A stretch of 20,000 nt of DNA from the IMG/VR virus record IMGVR_UViG_3300026559_000007; one strand, given 5' to 3'. This stretch comes from an uncultured virus (IMG/VR IMGVR_UViG_3300026559_000007). Lineage: Duplodnaviria; Heunggongvirae; Uroviricota; Caudoviricetes. The notes below the pieces were generated by a model. The model did no database searches. It was not told the DNA's origin and saw only the letters and a list, made by a program, of their open reading frames with translations. This document shows, piece after piece, positions 1 to 10,300 of the stretch. A program made the translations under genes and the position numbers. Every line of letters begins with the position of its first letter. Position 1 is the stretch's first letter.

Positions 1-1753
1 AGTTCCTCGCGATTAGCCGGAGGGAGGCAGCAAGAGCCGCGCGCGAGTTGACTTTCGCGCTCCGCCGAGGGCAACAGGCGAGGGCGAAGGAGGGAGCAGC
101 ATATCCCATGAGGGGTATGCTTGGTCGAGGGGTTGCGCTCATACGACCCCTGCGAGGATCGCGAGATCCAGCCCCGCCTGTTGGCCAATCGTCGTCGCGT
201 TGGTCGACGTCTCGCGCACGTGTTCTCGCGTCGACGGACAGCGCGTCCGCCCAGCCGCGGACCTAAGAGTGATCCTCGCGGCCGACACCCTCACCTACCC
301 TTTTGCACCACGCCGTTCCCGTTCGCGAACGCGGCCCGATCGCTAAGCGGGTAAAAATTACGAGTTATAGGTCGCATGTGTCCCGCGCGCGTACGCGAGC
401 GTTGACGAGCGATAAAAGCGATCGTCCGGATGCACGATTGAACGCTCTTCGCGAGTTCCGGAATCTTAGCGGCGATCTTCGCGGAATTCCGGAAAGGATC
501 GTGCATCATTCTGCAGCCTGCGCGAGTTGGCAATTTTTTCTTGAGCAATTTTCTCTCACCATCGTGACGCGAATCGGTGCAAATTCGATCTCGAATATCG
601 AAATGACAGAGGAATCATGATTCGATTAGATCCTCTGGTTAGTAATTCTAAATAGAATTCGGATAAATATTAATCAAAATTCTGCGCGTAAAGAAGAAAA
701 CAGTTATCACATTATCACTTTTCAAAAAAAGTCTGTTCTTATATTACGATACAAAATTCTATGTTGTGAGAGCTTTAAGGATGTCCGCGCGGCATCATGA
801 ACATCACTGAACTTGACTAAGGATCAGTCAGCAGCATCGACCTGAAAGAAAGAAGAAGAGATCTGCAGAATACGAAATCTCACGCGAGTAAGTGCAACCG
901 TGAATCGTGATTTGTCTTCGATAGTCTTCGACAATTCAATAAATGGATGAATCGTCGGAAATTTAAACGACGATGATGCAAAAAGATCCATTCTTTGCTT
1001 TCTGATAACGCTGGAAGAAGAACCGCGAAAGAAGCTACGATAAGTCTCTTCAAAATGGGTGTAAAACTTTTAAAAGATACAATAAAATATTACACGATCA
1101 TGATTATTGGGAAATCATCACTTTCGTGACGCTTCTTACAGCGTTCTCCAGAATAACAAAATTTTTACGAATATTCTCCATTGCATCGTTGTATAAATTC
1201 CCTATCGACTTCATAATAATTCTTTGCTACAATACGGACATGCACGCACATATCTCGCAATTTCCAAAATTTATCGCCCGCGAGCATCGCCGACCCCGCC
1301 GCCATCATTGCGCTCCTCGGAATCAGCGCGCGCTCTCGCCGATGGAGCTATTAATGAGCGACACGTGTCGCGGTCATGTCTCTCACGGCGGCCGTATGTA
1401 TACCCGCACCTGTAAACTGGCTTTCCGGCTTTGCAATTGCCGTGTCGCGATGCCCGTCATTATCGTCGAATCCGGCGCATATGTCAGAAAAGACGCGCGA
1501 GCGAAAGGGAGGTTCGGAAAAACGGAATACTTCCGTTCGTTCCTCGATATCTAGACACGCGTGGATACTATTAACGCGCTGCCATGTTATAATTCGCACG
1601 CGATATTCGCACCTTTTCCATACGACACATGTCGTCGCGAATTCGGGCGCTTTGCTCTTCGTTCAATGTATATCTGACGGCTGCTATATGCGCGGGCGTT
1701 GTTTAATATACAAATATAGATAGACGAGTACCCGCGCGCGATTGTTCCGATTG

Positions 1754-1811
1754 TATATATGTATATATATATATATAATATATATTGTATTATATATATA
1801 TATATATATAT
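1754..1811. repeat. Imperfect (TA)n microsatellite
   Basis: Directly visible TA run with a few interruptions. Confidence 0.9.
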
Positions 1812-4800
1812 TAGTATGCATATCTATATCGCTCCACGGTATTTTCCGCGTTGCGCGCTATAATGCGATGGAAGGCTGGAGAACATTTATGAAAATTGTA
1901 TTCCTAGAGAACGCTGCAAAAGGCGCCGTAAAAGCGATAATTTCCTAACAATTATAATTGCATGATGCATTCTTGCGCAGTTTTCGAAGCATACTTATGC
2001 CTGTTTTGTTTTGAAGGCATTTAGTAGCTTTGTAGCTTTATTGTAGCTTTTAGCGCAGAAAGACGTATCGCAGACGTAACATTGTCTCGCGGCTCTTGAT
2101 CTTCCTTGAAGCAGCCTTGAAGCAGATGCGCGATCGGGATCTGATTTTTCGCTAAACTGTCGAGATTTATCGCGATCGCCGGGGACGGAGACCGTATCGG
2201 ATCGTATCGCGAGATCCTCCTGACGACTCGCCATTTGTTCGACGGCACACGCACGCACGCGGGTGTCATGACACAACGTGACCCAGCGTGTCACGCAATC
2301 ACTGCCAAACCGTGCGAAGTGTGCACGTGTGCGCTACCGGAACCAATCGCGCCGCGGCTAATCGTAAATTAGGATCGGCTAAAAAAAAGAGAAAAGGCAG
2401 CTCGCGGTCATTAACTTCGGTAATCGCCGGAACCCCAGCCGATTCCGTCGTTCAATTATCCAACTATCGAGCGTAGTCTCGGATCATACTTTCAAGCATT
2501 AACTCGTTAAGCATTAGCCCGTCTTTAATTGCCGCATCATAAGATGAAACAGTCCTACAGTCTTCTCATTTTTCCACACGTTTCGTGTTCGCGGATATGG
2601 AAAGTCGAAAAGGAAGATCCTTTTCTCGCAGAGAAAATCTTGCACTCACGTTTATCGTAGCATTTTTCATGCTTTTGCTTAGAGAAGCGAAACAGCCTTT
2701 CCTTTTAAACTCGGTAGATATCTTCATTTTATTTTAAAAGAATTGAACTAATTCCATTGCCAAGTTCTCGATTTTTCAGTCGCGCGCTTCATTCTGATCA
2801 AACGCACTTTATCGCGTAACTAACTTATCACGTTTCTGAAATATCGATGCTAATTATTTTAATTAATCGGATTATGAAATATCTGGCTCTCTTCTAAGAT
2901 CTATCGTGCGACATATGCCATTCTTCTTTAAACTCGATTATTATTTACGAGTCGTTAATTGTACCACGAGCTGATAAGCGTTATAAAGTCACGTAACAGT
3001 CAGATGAATCGATCACGTTTATATAGAAGCGAATTATCAAAAATAAATCGCCATAATCCACGATTCACGGGCGATTGTGGCAAAGGAGGGCTTTAAACCG
3101 AATTCGAATCTATGTCCGCGAAAAGATTATATCCTGACTAATGAACGACAAGTTACACAATTGTGCTTGCATTGCGTTGCATGCATAACTAGTCCCATGT
3201 CAATCATCGAGATCATCAAGATACATTAATTGTCTGTAATACTGCAAGATTGACTCGTCGGATTTTCGAAATATCCAAATTAAATTTTAAGAATTCTGAG
3301 ATCATTTTCTTTTAAATGGAGTTGAGAGGAACGAGGCGGCCCTCGCTTTGTATGATACAAAGAGCTCAGAGAAAAACCAGGTCCAGGTGAGTCGCGTATT
3401 CAGCAACGTCACGACGTAACATAGGATTCCCGGCAGCACGTGTTTTTTTTCTCAATGAACCCTCCGTGTGCTGATTACATTTAGATAACGCTCGCGTTGC
3501 GCGAAGTTAATCAAATTAAAAATCAAGTCGAAAGGGGAACGCGGCCAGTTTAATGCTGATTTCTTGTATTAGCCAGCCATCTTCGACTTGATCAGAGATG
3601 AGAAAGTTCGAGCGGTGGATTCGCATCAAGTCTGAGAGTCCTTTTTCTCGTTCGTACGCACGTTTCGGCGCATGCTTGCTTCGGGCAATGCTTTTTAAAT
3701 TGTTACTAAATATTTATTGTATCGTGTCTCGATAAAAGCCATCCTTTCTAAAACCATTTTTTATTTCAGAATCGATATAGGGTTAATATCGGATTAATAT
3801 CAAATTGTTAAATCGCAGTGCTGTTCCGCTTCGTACCCCGAAATTATGCGAGACCATTTTCACTGCATATACCGTGCAGTTGACGATCGATCAGCATTTT
3901 TTATGCGAAAGGACGCACGTGACGTGACGCGGAAAAAAATTTGCATGCCGTCAACGCCTTGCAACGCGTCGTGTCCTCGAAAACTATCGAAAAGTCATTG
4001 GATCGACATTAGACTGATTTACTTTGTTCCGAACCGCGCTTGTCGAACTTTGCATGATCGATGGGTTCGCACTAAACTGTTTCTATGAGCGCGACATCCG
4101 TTTACGAGAAAGATGTTCTTCGTAACGATCTCTCAACTTCGATTCTTTCTACAGAAATTTCGTTCGAAAATTTTCAAATATTATCAAATCAAAATTCAAC
4201 CAAAGCTGAAAGTTTATTTATATGTCCATTGAATCGAATTTGGCAAGATTTTTGATATCTAATGATAAATTAATCAATAATAAATTAACGATCTGTTTAA
4301 TAATAAATACAATAGAAAGCGAATTGCGGTACAATCTGATTTTGCAAGATTGTATGAAATTATTTTTCTTAAAACGAAAGTTTTAAGAATCAAAAAAGTT
4401 ATCGGAAAAGTTATCGGAATTTTATATTTGTTATTCTTCTTCTGCAATTTCGCAACTTCCGTTCCATTCACTCTTCCGGAGTAGGCGTTTGGTCTGTGCG
4501 TTTTTAGGGAGGGAAATCTGGTTGTCCGACTCGCTCACCCCCGTCGCGATGTGTGACATATGTTATATGCGTGTGCAGGCGACAGGCTCGTGCAAACAGG
4601 GTTAAATAATACGCCCCGTGTAATTGCACACTGGCGCACCATACATGGCTGCAATATGTTAAAGTGACCGTCACTTGGGGGTGGAGGAAAGCTCGAAGAA
4701 AGACAAAAGCGTTAACTTTGGTAAATTTCTTTCTGTCGTTTCTGATTGCCTGATTGTTTGTTAATTATCTGATTCTGCTTAACGATCATTAACGATTCTC

Positions 4801-5079
4801 AATCAACTTCTTAGCTAGCGGTTAACAAATTTACAAACCATCCTTCAGGTCTGATCCTTTGCAATTGCAAATCCGTTTTATTAATTACAGCTAAGCGTTC
4901 GCATCGTTTCCTGCTTCTATCGGCTTGCTATTCACAAGCAGAAATATTTTCTCACACGAAATTACTTTTATTTTCTTCTCATCGTTTCATCAACCATCAA
5001 CTATCTTTTAATCTCTGAGACTTTCTTACACAAAGTTGCTTGAAATACTTTCCAATATTTCATTGTAATAAAATCTTCC

Positions 5080-5740
5080 GCCCCGAGCGCCAGATTGATC
5101 GCCATCGGTCATCGCGGCGGTCATGGGGATGATAAAAATGTTATGACAGCCCAAGACTCTCGCATGAGAGGGACGAGGGTTCCCGCTCGGCACAACGGAG
5201 GGCGGACTATCAAGAAGTCAGTCCCCCTCACCAGGAGAAAGAAGTACTGAGCCGGTGCATGCGTACGGTCCCGGTCCCTCCGACGGTGAGGGTGCGGCAA
5301 AACGGTGGCATCGTTCGCGTCGAGCTAACTTCTCCGGCTAACGGTGGCGGAAACGGCGACGGCAGTGGTGGTGGTTTACCACCGCTTGGGCGATGCTCTC
5401 CACGGCTGCATTATTGAGCCTGGGAAACGGACAGGTGGCCCGGGCGCCCGTCCGGGTCCGTGACGAGCGAGCGGGAGGGGGAGGGTGGGCGAGCAAGGGG
5501 CGGTAGCCCTGAGGGCCCGCGAGGGTGACGTAGAGTCACAGGAAAGGGGATTCGCGATGCCGCTGTCAGAGTCGCTGCCGTCGAGGGATCGCTCGAGGAC
5601 ACGCGACCTCCTGGCTTCTCGACTTTGTGACCGCGCGCGAGGACACTCGCTCTTTCTTTCTCTTTTTCTCTCTTTCGTTCTTCGATTTCGTCCTGATCGT
5701 CGCGAACGATTCCGCGCTCATTGTGCACGGTCACAGAGGA
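5080..5740. promoter_or_regulatory. GC/CpG-rich island flanked by AT-rich DNA; candidate promoter or enhancer of the nuclear receptor gene
   Basis: Sharp rise in GC between AT-rich flanks, 1.5-2 kb upstream of the ATG. Contains GGGAGGGGGAGGGTGGG (5473-5489) followed by a CT-rich tract. No protein-like ORF. Confidence 0.4.
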
Positions 5741-7181
5741 CTGTCATAATTGTTTCATCTTTCTCTTCTTTTCTTGCTGTTTATCCTGCAGTTCCTCTGT
5801 TTTCGAAGCTGCAATTATTTTATTCACGACACTTTACTTTTCTATCTTTTATCTAGGAGGAGAAATGTGGAATACTCAGGTTTAAGAATATTGAATTATC
5901 GAATATTGAGAGATTATATAGAAACATAAATCTATCATTAGGCACTGCGATGATACCGACACACGACTGTTTCAATATCATATCAATTTCTTATATATTA
6001 AATTATAATATTGATATTATATTGATAACGTAACATTAACTATGCCCGGTAATTACTAATTATTTGCAATCAAGACGCAAAACGACTATTTATCTTCTTA
6101 TCGTGTCGAAATATCCTTCTATCGCCGACGAGATCCGTCATACAATTTCCAATATTAATCTCGAGCTCGTGCTTGCTTGAAATTTATCGCGCTTGTTGAA
6201 GAGAAACTGAAATTGCGCTTCGAATATTTCAAGAGCCGTTCGGCCATTAAGTCGGGCAGCGCGTCGATCACATGGAATAGAGAGATTAAAATAGCGCTCG
6301 TTAAGACGCGGAGAAACAGCCGGCGACATGATCGATCGCGCAAGATCGTCGATCATCTCCCTCGCTCCGACCGATTACTCGGCGGCGAGCTTAAAGTCGC
6401 CAAGACAGACACAAATCGACGATGTCGCGGGTGATGTTTAGCGATCTCTGCCATCGCATTACGACGTAATATGCAAGCTATACGAAGCGGCTTTCCAGTC
6501 TCTTCATCGTGCATTGTCTATAGCAGTTGTACACAGCGAGGAACCCTTGCATGTTAAATCGCACAGCCAGATAATGAGGCAAACTACGTACACGTCTTGC
6601 TCGCATATTGCGTTTCTCATCGTGGGCATGCAATGCATAATGCAGAAACGCTGGTAACTGCGTCAATGACTCATCAATTTGTCCGAGAGCTTTCCGAAGA
6701 GCTTTAGCAATGTATCGCCATATCGTTTTGGAAGTCTGATAAAGCTGTCGTGGCGCGAAAGAGAGTCCAACGGCCTCCAGTGTTCTCGACTCAACGAATT
6801 CAGCTGCTCTTCGGCAACTCCTGCGAGATTTAATTCCTTCTCATTTCATAGAATAAATACGAGACGCTAAATGATATCGGTCGCTATAAAATGAAAGTTC
6901 TTCTTCAATGAATTAAGTTTGCACGTTCCTCCCTGGTTTCACTTTACATTGTACGTTCTGCTACGCAATCGTTCAGGCGATGATTCTCTGATTCCCTTCT
7001 TTCTTCGCATTTTATTAATAAGTAAATTCTTGATTCCATCGTAAATTCACTCGCTGATTAAACGCTGACAAGTTATCTTCATCAAATCGTTATATTGCTT
7101 CGACTTGGAATTATACGCTGCGTGAAAATGCAAAGTCAATCACGTTTTCTGTCAAGTCAACTTTCGCTGTAAACAGGTTCG

Positions 7182-7309
7182 ATGAAAATGGAAGAGAACG
7201 GACGCGGCGAAACGCTGTGCAAGGTCTGCGGCGACAAGGCTTCTGGAAAGCATTACGGGGTGCCAAGCTGCGATGGATGTCGGGGTTTCTTCAAGCGGTC
7301 TATCCGCAG
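7182..7309 (+). CDS. NR2E6: Coding exon 1: 12-aa N-terminus and first zinc finger/P-box ([42 protein letters not shown])
   Basis: ATG at 7182 is preceded by an in-frame TAA (7170-7172) and an acceptor-like aaacAG (7171-7176). Donor AG|GTACGC at 7309/7310 (phase 2). The C-x2-C-x13-C-x2-C finger is intact. ATG 7188 is an alternative start. Confidence 0.95.
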
Positions 7310-10300
7310 GTACGCGAGGTAATAATTGACTTAATTGAATAATTAAGCCAGATTCCCAGCTAATCCGATCAGTAGATTTGTCTGTTCTTTGGAATTCATT
7401 GTTATCCCAAAAGCCGAACACCGTCATTATCGATATCCTTGATTGTTGCTTCAATCGTATATCGTCATAAAATAAACGTGACATTGATGATTGACCTTTT
7501 GAATTTTTTGTGTTTCCACACTGTGTACACAGGAATCTGGATTACGTGTGCAAGGAGAACGGACGTTGCATCGTGGATGTGTCGCGGCGCAATCAGTGCC
7601 AAGCTTGCCGCTTCACCAAGTGCCTTCAGGTCAACATGAAACGAGACGGTATGCCTGTCCTAGCCTTGCCCGAGAAATAGCGACTCGTTTACCTAAAAAA
7701 GAAAGAAACATCTAAACATGATGCAATTCCTCACAAAATTTTTGCTTTTCCGCTTAAATCCGCCCTCGATAACGTACAACATGTTAATCTCGCTGTTTCT
7801 TTTTCTTTCTTTTTTCTTCTCTCCTTCCTCCCTTCTATCCCCCTTCCCTGATTTGATTATCTTCCAGCTTAAAGAAAAATAGAATGCGTACGTTGCAACA
7901 CTCTAGAGCCGCAGAGAGCGGCACTCGACATGTTTGCGCGGAAATATCCGGCGGAGTGGCTAAGTGAGAGATGCATTCTACTTTCTGACAGACGCAGAAC
8001 TCCTGGAGGGTGACAGGTCGAACCTCAGCGGAACCGAAATGTTTCGACAGTTGATTGCGCGGCCATCGTCGCGGCACTCCCGAGATGACCTACACTTCCG
8101 TCTTCTTCGCACAAGCGATGCCCGTTTATAGAGAAAGAATCCACAAGCGGACTGTTATTCGCGTGGACATTAGCCGTATCGGTCGCTCGCGCCATTCCGC
8201 AAGATGGGCTTTTCATCCTCCGTTGGCACTCGAAGCTTACTCTTCAGTGGAGAGCTTTAAAATATACACACATATATACACAAGCAGAGAAGGACACATT
8301 GAGCGCGAGGAGCATCGCGAATCGCGTGGCCATCATGATGCATGGCGGCGTTTCTCGCTCGACGGAAGGGAAATGGTCTGGAAAAAGCGTAGTGCGCGTC
8401 CTCACAGAAACGCCACACATGTGGTGGCCCACGTCTCACGTACACCCGCACCGATGCGTCCACATGAAACTCTATATTTCTGCTTACCGAACGGCAGGAT
8501 CCGGTGGCGGGCGGTGTCAGAAGCAGCCTGGCGCGTTCACAGCTTTTGTAAACATCTCCGGCCCCTTTATGCGCCAAGCGATAATCCAAACACTTGATTG
8601 CTGAGATATCAATTAGCGAAGGGGAGGTAGGTGCCATTAAAGGGCCACTGCCGCTCCACGAGCCTTCCTCTTGTGCGCGGCCACGCGCGCGGTATTGTGC
8701 GAGGCTGCGAGTTTATTGTCTTTGCAAACGCTACCTCGGCAAAGTCCAAGATCTTTCACTCCACTTCCTAGGCCAGGCTAGCTAAAGATATCGCATTGTT
8801 CGAGTTCTCAGGATGTAATTCTTGTTATATTCATTTTATATATATATAATTTTATATTCATCGTATCTGTAATTATATGTAGTTATCTCATTATTCCATT
8901 GTTAAACACTGGTTCAATTCAAGGACAAACCGCAGCTTAAGGTGGACATTCATGGACGGCATTTTAATTGGTACACCTGTTCTTCTTCAGCCGTGCAGCA
9001 TGAGAGAGCACCGCGGAGCACGTCGTCCCTAGTCGCTGCGGCGAGAAGGACTCCCTCCGGACTTTATACGGGCATCCCCAATGTTTATCATCCCACGGGC
9101 ACCGCCTATCATCCTCTTCTGTACCCCGCGCTGTTCCCCTTCAAGCCCACGGTACCAGCGTTCACCCCGTCAGTCGGTAAGCATGAATTATATGGAGAAA
9201 AAATAGCAAATTATATTCCTTGGATCGAGATACCTCTTCGGTAATAAAATCTATCGCTATTCTTGCCTGGCTAGCGCATTTCCTGCCACGACCTACTCCG
9301 GAATCATTGTCTATGACCGCGGCCAAGGAGGACGAAGTTACCAGCTCCGAGGAAGCGGCTACTATCGAGGTCAGGGTCGAATCGAAAGGTACGAAGTAAC
9401 CTACGTTTAGCCGATCAATCCGTACAGATTCTTACGAATCTGCAGTGGTTTAATAGCGCAGTGGAAAATTCCAATGTTGTCTGCTTGCGCTTGTCGCAGA
9501 GGAACCGGTAAATACCCGCTTGGCGCCGCCGCTCATCACTTCTGTTTCATCAGAATACAACGTGCAAGGCTTGTCTCTTCTGCCGACCGAGAATATCTAC
9601 GAGTTCGCGGCGAAGCTGCTCTTCTTCGCCGTGAGATGGGCGAGGAGTATACATTCTTTTCTGCAAGTAAGCTACGATTCGGACGACTCCTCTTTCAAGT
9701 CCTTTTCGGCATAATAGAGTGGGAACCGAAGATATCTAACTTTATCGCGTAATTATGAATATCAAACATGTGTCCATATAACCATGTCATACCATCGTAC
9801 TAAAAGTTATTCGAAGTCATGATTATCTTCTTCTCTCTTGCAAGCTTCCCTATAGAGATCAAACCATTCTCCTGGAAGAATCGTGGAGCGAATTGTTCGT
9901 GTTGACTGCCGCGCAGTGGAACTTCCCCGTGGACGAAACCGTCCTGGTACCCATGGATCTGCCATTGGAGCGAAGGGAAGTTCTGATCGACAAGGCAAGA
10001 AGGCTGAGAGAGCTCCTGGCAAAATGCACCGCGCTCAGAGTCGACCATTCGGAATACGCGTGCTTGAAGGCCATAGTTCTCTTCAAAGCTGGTGAGACTA
10101 CGAGAATTTCCTCCTAAGAGTAAATCGCGTTAAAAGCGCAGTCATTACCACGTCATGGCAATGGATATTCCTCATGTTATGACTTATTTATTCTATTAAA
10201 ACCCTTTTGAAAGCGCTTCGAAAAAGTTGACAGCGCTTTAAAATGCAATCTTAGCTTAAGTACGATTTATCCAAAGATCGCTTAATGCCTCGCAGAGTCG

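Noticed and set aside
110..151. Short GC hairpin AGGGGTTG/CGACCCCT with an alternative partner AGGGGTATG
   Set aside because: The stem is only ~8 bp, too short for a pre-miRNA and expected by chance in GC-rich DNA.
1126..1723. Overlapping ORFs of 142 and 115 aa
   Set aside because: Non-ATG starts, no recognisable motifs, and an Arg/Cys/His-rich composition typical of CpG-rich non-coding DNA.
4394..4417. Tandem 12-mer AAAAGTTATCGG x2 (similarly TCGTTATCTTTTCG x2 at 13903-13935)
   Set aside because: Only two copies each; ordinary slippage duplications with no array or element between them.
5411..5856. ORFs of 107 aa (minus) and 123 aa (plus) in the GC island as an N-terminal extension or separate gene
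   Set aside because: Low-complexity translations of GC-rich and CT-rich tracts, with no convincing donor in the phase needed to join the receptor.
7428..7435. DRE motif TATCGATA
   Set aside because: A single copy inside intron 1, not at a plausible promoter; ATCGAT cores are very common in this CpG-rich sequence.
8055..8597. 180-aa plus-strand ORF within intron 2
   Set aside because: TTG start, no domain, and not needed for the receptor frame, since exon 2 joins exon 3 to give the conserved MKRD-AVQHER.
9800..10086. Three minus-strand ORFs antisense to exon 6
   Set aside because: Antisense shadows of a real coding exon with no independent protein features.
10205..10243. Imperfect inverted repeat TTTTGAAAGCGCT…AGCGCTTTAAAA in intron 6
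   Set aside because: About 12 bp with a bulge; too short for a MITE or miRNA, and no target-site duplication.
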